Assembly: GCA_964618335.1 (NCBI GenBank)
Contig: CAZTYI010000001.1
Location: 1-57,918 of the forward strand
Reading direction: 5' to 3'
Source: an uncultured bacterium
GTDB lineage: Bacteria; Chlamydiota; Chlamydiia; Chlamydiales; SM23-39
Length of the DNA: 57,918 nucleotides
In this document: positions 38,855-46,718 of the stretch, in pieces
How the letters are laid out: each line of letters opens with the position of its first letter
How positions within the stretch are numbered: position 1 is the stretch's first letter
The notes under the pieces: model-generated
Seen by the model: the letters and a program-made list of their open reading frames with translations, nothing else
Database searches by the model: none
Told to the model about the DNA's origin: nothing
Position numbers and translations under genes: made by a program

Positions 38855-39544
38855 ATGAAAAAGACCCTGATCATTACTTCTGCTGTTATTTTAGGCCTTG
38901 CACTAGGCGCTTTTTTTATCTCCCGCAATCTACCCCAAGTTGTCTCTTTTTTACTTTCCAGAGATTTTGGCTTTAAAGTCAGTATCCAAGAACTAGATTT
39001 TTATAAAGGTGGCATGACGGCCAAGGATTTGAAGGTTTTCAGTCCAAAGCCTTCTGATTATGACCCAGCTCTAAAATGCGAGACTATCGAAATTGATACT
39101 ACTTGGAAAAAACTCCGCCAAAAAAGACTGACTATCGACGAAATCTGGCTGGATAAAATTAACATGAATATTCAGTTTTATGATTCTGCCAGAAAAGAAA
39201 GTAATTTTAACGACATTGCCAACGCTAAAACTAAGACTCCCAGCCACAAGGAACCGAAGCCCTATTTGATTAAAAAGCTGGTTTTAAACAACCTTGATAT
39301 TCTCTTGATTTTTCATAATGGCAAAACCCAAAACGTTCAAATCAAGCAGTTGGTCTTTACTAATATTTCAGAAAAATCCGGCTTCCCAATTGAACAATTG
39401 GAAAAAGCAATCCTTCACGCTATTCTCCGTAAACTATTCGACCAGCTAGGAATTCCAGATATGTTAAACGATATGATTCCTAAAGGTTTAATTCCTGAAG
39501 GAATTATACCTAAAGGGATTCCTAAAACTATCCCCTTCTTTTAA
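38855..39544 (+). CDS. membrane-anchored hypothetical protein, paralog B of a divergent pair
   Basis: It has an N-terminal TM span (SAVILGLALGAFFIS) and is collinear with paralog A. The C-terminus carries mini-repeats IPKGLIPEGIIPKGIPKTIP. Confidence 0.6.
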   Translation: MKKTLIITSAVILGLALGAFFISRNLPQVVSFLLSRDFGFKVSIQELDFYKGGMTAKDLKVFSPKPSDYDPALKCETIEIDTTWKKLRQKRLTIDEIWLDKINMNIQFYDSARKESNFNDIANAKTKTPSHKEPKPYLIKKLVLNNLDILLIFHNGKTQNVQIKQLVFTNISEKSGFPIEQLEKAILHAILRKLFDQLGIPDMLNDMIPKGLIPEGIIPKGIPKTIPFF

Positions 39545-39628
39545 GCATTTTTTTTTAAGATTAACATAAACATGCTCAAAAATCTGAAGAACGTTAGATC
39601 TTAGCTTCGGATAATATTCCTATAATGC

Positions 39629-39835
39629 TTATTTCTTCTTTTTAACCCACTTTCCTTGAGCATTTTTACGATAGCTTTTTTTGACTGCGCCCCAGGCAAT
39701 TCTAAAGGTTCGGCCTTCATCGCCTTTGTATTGATGAAAAGCGCTGTTAAAGGCTTTTAAAAACAGCGTTTGGGCTCTTTTAGGCAATACATGCTGAATA
39801 GAAGGCGGCAGATTAGTAATTTTACGATAAGGCAT
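39629..39835 (-). CDS. ChaB-family protein
   Basis: 68 aa. The sequence MPYRKITNLPPSIQHVLPKRAQTLFLKAFNSA...AWGAVKKSY...GKW matches the ChaB pattern (MPY..LP..V...LP..AQ.....FN.A......A.AW.AVK). Confidence 0.7.
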   Translation of the reverse strand: MPYRKITNLPPSIQHVLPKRAQTLFLKAFNSAFHQYKGDEGRTFRIAWGAVKKSYRKNAQGKWVKKKK

Positions 39836-39996
39836 AAAAAATCCTCTTTGATTTTTTTTATTAATCTAACCCTCAAATTACTGATTTTTGAATAAATACA
39901 AACAAAAAAAGAAAAACTTATTACTTTTAACCCCCTTTCTAAGCTATAATATCACCTAAAACCACAATTAAAAATATAACTCCTAATTACATAGTT

Positions 39997-40386
39997 ATGG
40001 CTATCCAACCAAAAAAACAGTTAAAACAACAAGCCCTGCTTAAAGAGCTAGGCATCAAGCCAGAAGATCTGGAAGAAAAGTTTATCCTTGCCTCCGGCAA
40101 AGGCGGGCAAAAGGTCAATAAAACCTCTTCTGCTGTTTATCTCAAACACCGCCCTACCGGAATAGAAGTCAAAGAGTCCAAAGACCGCTCAAGAGAAGTT
40201 AACCGCTATCTAGCCAGAGAAAAACTCATAGAAACCTATCAAAGCCAAATTCTCGGTCTAAAAACTAAAAAAGCCAACCTCTTAGAAAAAAAGAAAAAAC
40301 AAAAACAAAGAAGAAAGAGAAAGTCTGTTAAAAAATACCAAACCCTTCCAAGCGATCAAACGGCAGATAAAAAGGAAACTATATGA
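39997..40386 (+). CDS. RF-1-domain GGQ protein (ArfB-like ribosome rescue / peptidyl-tRNA hydrolase)
   Basis: It has the GGQ motif SGKGGQKVNKTSSAVYLKH, is 129 aa, and has a strongly basic C-terminal tail (KKKKQKQRRKRKSVKK) as in ArfB. Confidence 0.7.
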   Translation: MAIQPKKQLKQQALLKELGIKPEDLEEKFILASGKGGQKVNKTSSAVYLKHRPTGIEVKESKDRSREVNRYLAREKLIETYQSQILGLKTKKANLLEKKKKQKQRRKRKSVKKYQTLPSDQTADKKETI

Positions 40387-41228
40387 ATAATAACAATAAT
40401 TATTCCAATAACGACTGGAAAAAAAAGCAAAATAAAAACAAAAAAAACAAAATAAAAAGCTCTTGGGAAGGTTCTCATAAATGGTATAATAAAATCGTCT
40501 CTGAAGAAGGCCACTATTACCACCAACAAGTTATTCTGCCCGCCCTTTTAAAACTGATCGATTCAAAAAAAACTAAAAGTTTACTAGACCTCGGCTGCGG
40601 CCAGGGAGTGCTAGCTAGAGCACTTCCGCAAGATATTGAATACACCGGTATCGATCTTTCTTCCTCTTTAATCAAATCAGCTAAAACTCTCTCTAAGAAG
40701 AAAAAACAAAAGCAAGAATTTCTGGTGGGAGATATTACTCAAAAACTACCTGTGAAAAAAAATGATTTTGATACTGCTGTTCTACTCCTTAGCTTACAAA
40801 ATATAGAAGATGGTGAAATAGCCATTAAAAATGCTTCTGCTCACCTTAAAAACCAGGGACACCTAATTATAGTTCTGAACCATCCTAGCTTCCGAATACC
40901 TAAACAAAGCAGCTGGCATTTCGAAGACAAAAACCATAAAACAACTATGTCTCGCTTAATCCAGGGTTATCTCTCTCCCTTAAAAATCCCGATCCAGACA
41001 GCTCCCTCCCAGGGCCAGAAATCTGCGCTGACTTATTCTTATCACCACCCGCTTTCTACTTATAGCGTTTGGCTTAAAAAGCACCATTTTTACATTGAGG
41101 AGATGCAAGAACTCATTTCTGACAAAACCTCTACAGGAGGCCGGGCCAAAGCCGAAAATAAAGGCAGGAAAGAAATCCCGCTCTTTTTAGTGATCAGTGC
41201 TATAAAAATAAAAATGGGTTCTGTTTAA
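40383..41228 (+). CDS. class I SAM-dependent methyltransferase
   Basis: It has motif I (LLDLGCGQGVLA) and post-I (YTGIDLS). The N-terminus is poly-Asn/Lys low-complexity. Its start overlaps the upstream stop (ATGA at 40383-40386). Confidence 0.75.
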   Translation: MNNNNNYSNNDWKKKQNKNKKNKIKSSWEGSHKWYNKIVSEEGHYYHQQVILPALLKLIDSKKTKSLLDLGCGQGVLARALPQDIEYTGIDLSSSLIKSAKTLSKKKKQKQEFLVGDITQKLPVKKNDFDTAVLLLSLQNIEDGEIAIKNASAHLKNQGHLIIVLNHPSFRIPKQSSWHFEDKNHKTTMSRLIQGYLSPLKIPIQTAPSQGQKSALTYSYHHPLSTYSVWLKKHHFYIEEMQELISDKTSTGGRAKAENKGRKEIPLFLVISAIKIKMGSV

Positions 41229-41450
41229 ATAGCCAAAAAGCTAAAATTTTCCTCTTGTTTTAGCAAATCATTTAAAGTTAAATACTTACATATTAGAACT
41301 GGAATGTATATATAACAAACTAACAATAAACTACTTACATTACATTAAAAACATATTTTTAACTTTAAAATAAACCTGAATTAAGTTATAATTAATTTAA
41401 ATTATTAGTTAACATAGTAATATTAACAAATAACAGATAATAAGGTATTT

Positions 41451-42251
41451 ATGACAATTTCTCCATTAGGAGCAACAACTACTACTTATACAACCACTCC
41501 TTCAACACCTACCCGTCCGCAACGAGGTCAAGCAGCAGCAACACCTCGTACTCCTGTACGTCTACCAGTAACACCTCAAAAAACATATGATGTTGTACGT
41601 GCAACAAGAACCGTTAGAGGACGCAAGACACCAAGCGCAGCAGTACTTTTTACGCCTAACGCTAAAAAACGACAAAGAAATGGCGTCATCTATAGCTGGC
41701 ACCTCCATTTTCAAAACGGTTCTGTAAAGACCTATAGCGGAGAAACCATTCAACCGCTTAGCAGAAGAAGTTCTCAGCATATTAGACAAGCTGCCACAAC
41801 TCAAAATCAAGCAGATCTTTTTCATCAGCATTTAAACGATTATGCCAGTAATCCTAATTCCGATATTATTAAGATTACCGTTTCTTTACGTGAAGCTCCT
41901 GGTTTAGATATAGATTTAAGAAAATTAGAAGAACTTTACATTCAGGTGGAAGATACGCTTATTTCAGTCTCTTCTGGCAGAGGTTTAAATCGTATACACG
42001 CCAGCGCGGAATTGGCTCAAAGATATGCACAAAATGCATTTAGAATTATAACAGAACCAAGAACCACAACTCCTTTGATGCCTGCAGGAAGAGATTATGT
42101 TGTAAAACCAAATAAAAGAGCCCGCACCACTTCTCAAACTCCTTCTTTAGCCAGTTCTGTCTCTTCTACCTCTTCAATGTTGTCATCTACAGCTTCAGCC
42201 TCTTCAATGTTAACTCTTTCTTCTCCTCTTCCAACTCCAATGGTTCCTTAA
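41451..42251 (+). CDS. hypothetical protein with GIY-YIG-like core and Thr/Ser/Pro-rich tails
   Basis: Core residues ~78-185 carry VIY(79-81)...KTYSGET(93-99)...RRSSQH(105-110)...LEELYI(159-164)...GLN(178-180), collinear with the GIY / YIG / R..H / E / N blocks of GIY-YIG nucleases. The tails are low-complexity (TTTTYTTTPSTPTRP; SSVSSTSSMLSSTASASSML). Confidence 0.45.
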   Translation: MTISPLGATTTTYTTTPSTPTRPQRGQAAATPRTPVRLPVTPQKTYDVVRATRTVRGRKTPSAAVLFTPNAKKRQRNGVIYSWHLHFQNGSVKTYSGETIQPLSRRSSQHIRQAATTQNQADLFHQHLNDYASNPNSDIIKITVSLREAPGLDIDLRKLEELYIQVEDTLISVSSGRGLNRIHASAELAQRYAQNAFRIITEPRTTTPLMPAGRDYVVKPNKRARTTSQTPSLASSVSSTSSMLSSTASASSMLTLSSPLPTPMVP

Positions 42252-42286
42252 TCCTCTTTTAGAGCAATTGTAACTAGTTATTTTCT

Positions 42287-43522
42287 CTAATTTTTAAGCT
42301 TGTTTTTGAGCTTCAAAATACGCTCTAAAGAAGCATCCAAACGTTTTTCAGAAACAGCTCCCTTTTCTACTGCCTTTTTAAAGGCTTCCATCACTCGCGC
42401 AATCAACTCCATATCTTTTTCAGGATTAGTTTTAAAATCAGCCCATTCTAAACTAGAAAGAATTAACAAATCACAGCCTGCTAAAAAAGCCTTAATCGTT
42501 GCATGACTAACGCTTTTCAGAGCTTCTTCAAAAGTCGCTTGTTTAGGAGCAGCTCCTCTCATAACTAATGAATCAGAAATAATCACACCTTTAAACCCCA
42601 GTTCTTCTCTTAAAAGACTTTGTAAAATACAAGGTGAAAAAGTGGCTATCTTTTCTGGATCCAAAGCATTTACTTTTAAATGAGCTACCATGACTAAATC
42701 AGACTGAGAAGCTAACTGAACAAAAGGATAAAGTTCGACTTGATCCAACTCTGCTTGAGTTTTTGTTACTACTGGCAACCCTAAATGAGAATCAACAGTT
42801 ACATCTCCGTGACCTGGAAAATGTTTTAAAGTAGCTAAAACACCCCCTTCATGCAACCCTGTGATAAAAGCTTTGGCACAAGCAACTACTTTGCCCGGAT
42901 CTTTAGAAAAACTGCGGCTATTAATAACTGGGTTTTCAGAATTGGAATCTACATCTACCACCGGAGCTAAGTTCAAATTAACCCCAACGCTTAGCATTTC
43001 CTGAGCTGTTTTTTTGGCTAAGGTTTGAATGTTTTCTAAATTGATACTTTCCAAATTAATGCCTTCTAAATTACCAACTACTGCTAATTCTCTATGACTA
43101 GGAAGAAACGTAAAACCAGATCCTTGTAAATGTGCTACTCGACCACCCTCTTGATCAACAGCGATTAATGGCTTCAGTCCTTTTGTGTTTTGCTGGATGC
43201 AAGTGCTAATTTCAGCAGAGAGTTTTTTAACCTTGGCAAATGAATCAAGCTTGTTGGCCCAACGAAAATAGATCACATTGCCAAGATGGGTTTTTTCTAA
43301 AAAAACTCTAGTTTTTTTGGGTAATTTGCCAGACCCAGAACTATAAACAGGAGCTAAAAAAAGCTGTCCTACTTTGATCTCCAATGGCATCTTTTTAAGA
43401 GTGGTATTCATATTATCAGCATTGTCAGCAAGCTTTGAAAAACCATCAAAGGTAATTGCTGCAGGGCTTTTAACTAGGCTAACTCCCAATAAAAACCAAA
43501 ACAAACATCTTAAAAACATCAA
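42287..43522 (-). CDS. nagZ: beta-N-acetylhexosaminidase, GH3 (NagZ-type), with predicted signal peptide
   Basis: It has AVDQEGGRV and the NagZ signature KHFPGHGDVTVDSH. The N-terminal leader is hydrophobic (MMFLRCLFWFLLGVSLVKSPAA). Confidence 0.8.
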   Translation of the reverse strand: MMFLRCLFWFLLGVSLVKSPAAITFDGFSKLADNADNMNTTLKKMPLEIKVGQLFLAPVYSSGSGKLPKKTRVFLEKTHLGNVIYFRWANKLDSFAKVKKLSAEISTCIQQNTKGLKPLIAVDQEGGRVAHLQGSGFTFLPSHRELAVVGNLEGINLESINLENIQTLAKKTAQEMLSVGVNLNLAPVVDVDSNSENPVINSRSFSKDPGKVVACAKAFITGLHEGGVLATLKHFPGHGDVTVDSHLGLPVVTKTQAELDQVELYPFVQLASQSDLVMVAHLKVNALDPEKIATFSPCILQSLLREELGFKGVIISDSLVMRGAAPKQATFEEALKSVSHATIKAFLAGCDLLILSSLEWADFKTNPEKDMELIARVMEAFKKAVEKGAVSEKRLDASLERILKLKNKLKN

Positions 43523-43846
43523 AGCCTCTCATCTGCTTAAAATAGACGCTGTTTTGACCAGCCCTATTAGACTTAGCCATATTAGAACTTTTACTAGTCT
43601 CTTTTGAAGAAAAACCTCTTAAAAACCACTTAAGTCTTTCAGATAGAATTAGTTTTGGTGTTAAAAGGGGTTTCATTTCGAGGTTTTTAACCTAAGTTCC
43701 TTGTTTTCATCACAATACAACCAAATTAACGGAAACTATTTAAAATAATTAATAATATGTTAAAATAAAAAAGAGGCGAGATAGTTTTAAAAGAAAATAA
43801 AGTAGATAAAAAAATAAAGTAAAAAAAAATAAGAGAGGGTAATTAT

Positions 43847-44158
43847 ATGAATCAAAACGGTCTAAAAGAAATTAAAGAAACGTCAAATAAAGTGGTGGGA
43901 AAATTACAACATCTCACACAAATTAAAGACGACCAAAAAAAGATCAGTAAAGAAGTTAAAGAAATTAGAAAATTGCATTCAGATATGGAAAAGGCTTATA
44001 GAAGCGCTGAACCAGCATTAGAAAAACTTAATTTTAATAAACAAAATTTCTATAACGCAGCCAACACAGTTAAAAGAGCCTGCAATCAGCCAACAGAAGG
44101 CAATATTCAGACTGCTTTAACTAAAATGAATGAGTTTGTAACTCAATTAGCTGCTTAA
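43847..44158 (+). CDS. small helical hypothetical protein
   Basis: A 103-aa hydrophilic, Lys/Glu-rich ORF preceded by GAGAGGG about 8 nt upstream. No motif I recognise. Confidence 0.4.
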   Translation: MNQNGLKEIKETSNKVVGKLQHLTQIKDDQKKISKEVKEIRKLHSDMEKAYRSAEPALEKLNFNKQNFYNAANTVKRACNQPTEGNIQTALTKMNEFVTQLAA

Positions 44159-44324
44159 AATTGATTTTTGGTTTTTTTAAAATTTGATTAAAAAATAGTG
44201 TTTTGGCTTTATTCAATCCAAAACAACATCCTATTCTCCTCAAGATCAATGTGGAGAATGGGTAATTTATTTTATTTAAAAGATAATTTAGAAAATATTA
44301 GTTTATTCACGACGTGGTGATAAT

Positions 44325-45464
44325 CTAACCTTCTTCTTCCCCTTCCCAATTCAGATCATTCAAAAAAGCTGCTGGAATCGGCAGCTTATATTTTAATTTG
44401 TAATACAAAGCACTACTAAAAATAAATATCTGTAACAGAAAAGGCCATAAATCCTTTTTACAAAAAACTACATCTTTCAAAGAAAAGAACTTCTTAACAA
44501 AACCCCAAAAACTCTGTTCGGTCTCGCGCTGTTTCCAACCATAAAGCATCATCCCAAAACCATACTTTTTGCCAGCTTCGGAAGAGGGTTGAAAAACTTC
44601 ATCTCCATCTTCCAGAAAATAATTAGGCATGGAAGCTGACTCTGCTATAAGATGCATGCCGCTAGTGCTGCGCGGATTGCATTCAATCGCAAATAAACGG
44701 CCTTCTTGGTCTTCTATAAAATCAAAAGAGATCTGACCAGTTAAATTTAACTTACGAACAATATTTTCTATCCACTGAAAAATTTTGGGATGTTTTAACG
44801 CTTCAAAATGCAAACAATAAACTCCGTCTCCTGCTACGTTATTAGGATAAACTGTATGGGCTTGAATTCGGCCATTGCGGCAAATGGTATAAGAACAATA
44901 TTTTGGCCCTTCTATCCAAGCCTGGGCAATCCATGGATTGTTAGAGTCAAAGGGTAAATTGGGTAAAGAATCTTTAGATGATACTTTTTTTAACTGAAAA
45001 GAACCGCGTGAATAAGAGGGTTTGAGCACATAAGGAGCTGGAAGATCAAGTTTTTTTAAGTCTTCAGCATTTTTTATTTGCCTGGTCGGAATAGTTGAAA
45101 TATCTAATTCTTTTTGCAGCTGGTAAAAAAGCCATTTATTATGCAATTGTTTTAATACTGATAAATCAGGACAAAATAATTGGCAATTTTCAGGCAGATT
45201 AGGTCTGGCTTTAGCTACCCATAGTGTTTCTTCTAAAACTGGGATAACCAGATCAATCTGATATTCTTTAATAATCTTTTTCAACTGCTCTTGAAAAGCC
45301 TCAAATTGAAAACGCGGACTGGGAAGTACTAAACTACGAGTTACGGAATTGGAAACCGTGCAAAGGTTCACTCGATTTGAATCAGCTACAAAGACCCGAT
45401 GTCCTGCTTGATGAAAAGAGCGAGTCAACTCAAGCGCGGTAAACATTCTACCGCCAGTAATCAA
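44325..45464 (-). CDS. ATP-grasp domain protein
   Basis: It has a pre-ATP-grasp Rossmann-like N-terminus (ILITGGR...AGHRVFVADS), a central YVLKPSYSRGS block, and a C-terminal FAIECNPRSTSG block typical of ATP-grasp ligases. The ORF-track start is TTG 45464. An in-frame ATT at 45479 sits 6 nt after AAGGAG. Confidence 0.7.
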   Translation of the reverse strand: MITGGRMFTALELTRSFHQAGHRVFVADSNRVNLCTVSNSVTRSLVLPSPRFQFEAFQEQLKKIIKEYQIDLVIPVLEETLWVAKARPNLPENCQLFCPDLSVLKQLHNKWLFYQLQKELDISTIPTRQIKNAEDLKKLDLPAPYVLKPSYSRGSFQLKKVSSKDSLPNLPFDSNNPWIAQAWIEGPKYCSYTICRNGRIQAHTVYPNNVAGDGVYCLHFEALKHPKIFQWIENIVRKLNLTGQISFDFIEDQEGRLFAIECNPRSTSGMHLIAESASMPNYFLEDGDEVFQPSSEAGKKYGFGMMLYGWKQRETEQSFWGFVKKFFSLKDVVFCKKDLWPFLLQIFIFSSALYYKLKYKLPIPAAFLNDLNWEGEEEG

Positions 45465-45664
45465 GATGTTCTTACTAATAGAATTCTCCTTGTTATTTAT
45501 AAAAAACTAAACACTCTATTTTTTATTACTATCTGTTAATTACAATAATTTCAATATTTTTAAAAAAATAAATCCATGTCGCAGATGATTTTTTTGTTGG
45601 ATTAAATAGAAAATTTACAAATGTATAAAACAAATATGAATGAATATGCATTTGACATAATTGT

Positions 45665-45702
45665 AATAAATATCGTAATATATCGATATATACATATTTA
45701 TT
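45665..45702. promoter_or_regulatory. nested palindromes upstream of the ArsR-family gene (candidate operator)
   Basis: The outer 9-bp inverted repeat pairs AATAAATAT (45665-45673) with ATATTTATT (45694-45702). Inside it is a perfect 14-bp palindrome ATATATCGATATAT (45678-45691). The element ends 9 nt before the ATG at 45711. Confidence 0.35.
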
Positions 45703-45710
45703 GAGAATTT

Positions 45711-46025
45711 ATGAAACACAAAAAAATTGATTTTTCAGCAGCCGCCAAATGCCTTAAAACAATAGCCCATCCCCACCGCCTTTCTCTGATCTACTATTTG
45801 ATTAGCCATAAAAAAGCTTCCGTCGGAGAACTGGCTGATTACTGCTCTTTACCAAGCAACATCGTCTCTGAACATCTAACTTTAATGAAAGATCGCGGGT
45901 TTTTGTCTTCTGTAAGAGACGGTAGAAAAACTCTTTATTCTATCAAAGAGCGTGGCTTAGAAAACATTTTAAGTTGCGTCAAATGTAAATTTACTAAAAA
46001 AATTAAAACACTAAAAAAAACTTAA
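45711..46025 (+). CDS. ArsR/SmtB-family transcriptional regulator
   Basis: It has a winged-HTH pattern (LKTIAHPHRLSLIYYL...ASVGELADYCSLPSNIVSEHLTLMKDRGFLSSVRDGRKTLYSI) and Cys residues at positions 14, 45, 89 and 92. Confidence 0.8.
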   Translation: MKHKKIDFSAAAKCLKTIAHPHRLSLIYYLISHKKASVGELADYCSLPSNIVSEHLTLMKDRGFLSSVRDGRKTLYSIKERGLENILSCVKCKFTKKIKTLKKT

Positions 46026-46054
46026 AAAAACCAATCTTCTACTAAATAAATTTT

Positions 46055-46702
46055 ATGCTTAAAAATATAAAAAATTACCTACAAAAAAATTTCTGGTCCC
46101 CTTACATCGCTGGTATATCAATTGGAACTTTAGCGGTTTTTTCAATTGTGATTTTTAAAAAGACCATCGGAACCTCGGTTGCTTTTGTAAAATTCAGCGC
46201 TTTTCTGTGGTATCTCGTTAATCCCCAGTATGTTCAAAATAATGCTTATTATATGAGCTACTTAAAAAACAGCTTCTGGATAGATTGGCAAATAGCTCTG
46301 ATTATAGGGCTTTTTTTAGGAGCTTATTTAGCTGGCAAAATCGCGAGAAAATCAACCTCTTCTCCTTCTTTAGATATTACTTCAATAAAGGCAGGGATAA
46401 ATACGGAATTGGAAAAGAACTCTCTGTCGGAAATAAGAGCTTGCCAGACCGATACTCAAAAAAACTTATCTACCGGTACTCGTAATATAAAAACCAGGCG
46501 TTATCTAATCTCCTTTTTAGGCGGTATTGTACTTTTATTAGGAGCTAGATTTGCTGGAGGCTGCACTTCCGGACACGCCATTTCAGGTGGATTGCAAATG
46601 GCTATCTCCAGCTGGCTTTATATGGGAGGGCTCTTTTCTGTAGCTATTCCTAGCGCTTTGATTATTTATCGCACTACAAACCGAACTAAAAAAAAGAATT
46701 AA
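46055..46702 (+). CDS. YeeE/YedE-family (sulfur-compound transport) membrane protein, half 1
   Basis: A polytopic protein with the signature GARFAGGCTSGHAISG and a ~50-aa hydrophilic insert before the motif. Confidence 0.75.
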   Translation: MLKNIKNYLQKNFWSPYIAGISIGTLAVFSIVIFKKTIGTSVAFVKFSAFLWYLVNPQYVQNNAYYMSYLKNSFWIDWQIALIIGLFLGAYLAGKIARKSTSSPSLDITSIKAGINTELEKNSLSEIRACQTDTQKNLSTGTRNIKTRRYLISFLGGIVLLLGARFAGGCTSGHAISGGLQMAISSWLYMGGLFSVAIPSALIIYRTTNRTKKKN

Positions 46703-46718
46703 AAAAGGAAGCTAAAAA

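Noticed and set aside
43479-43676. A 65-aa minus-strand ORF (and the plus-strand ORF 43374-43607) around the nagZ start.
   Set aside because: These overlap the nagZ 5' end and promoter region. They have no RBS and no motif, so they are probably spurious.
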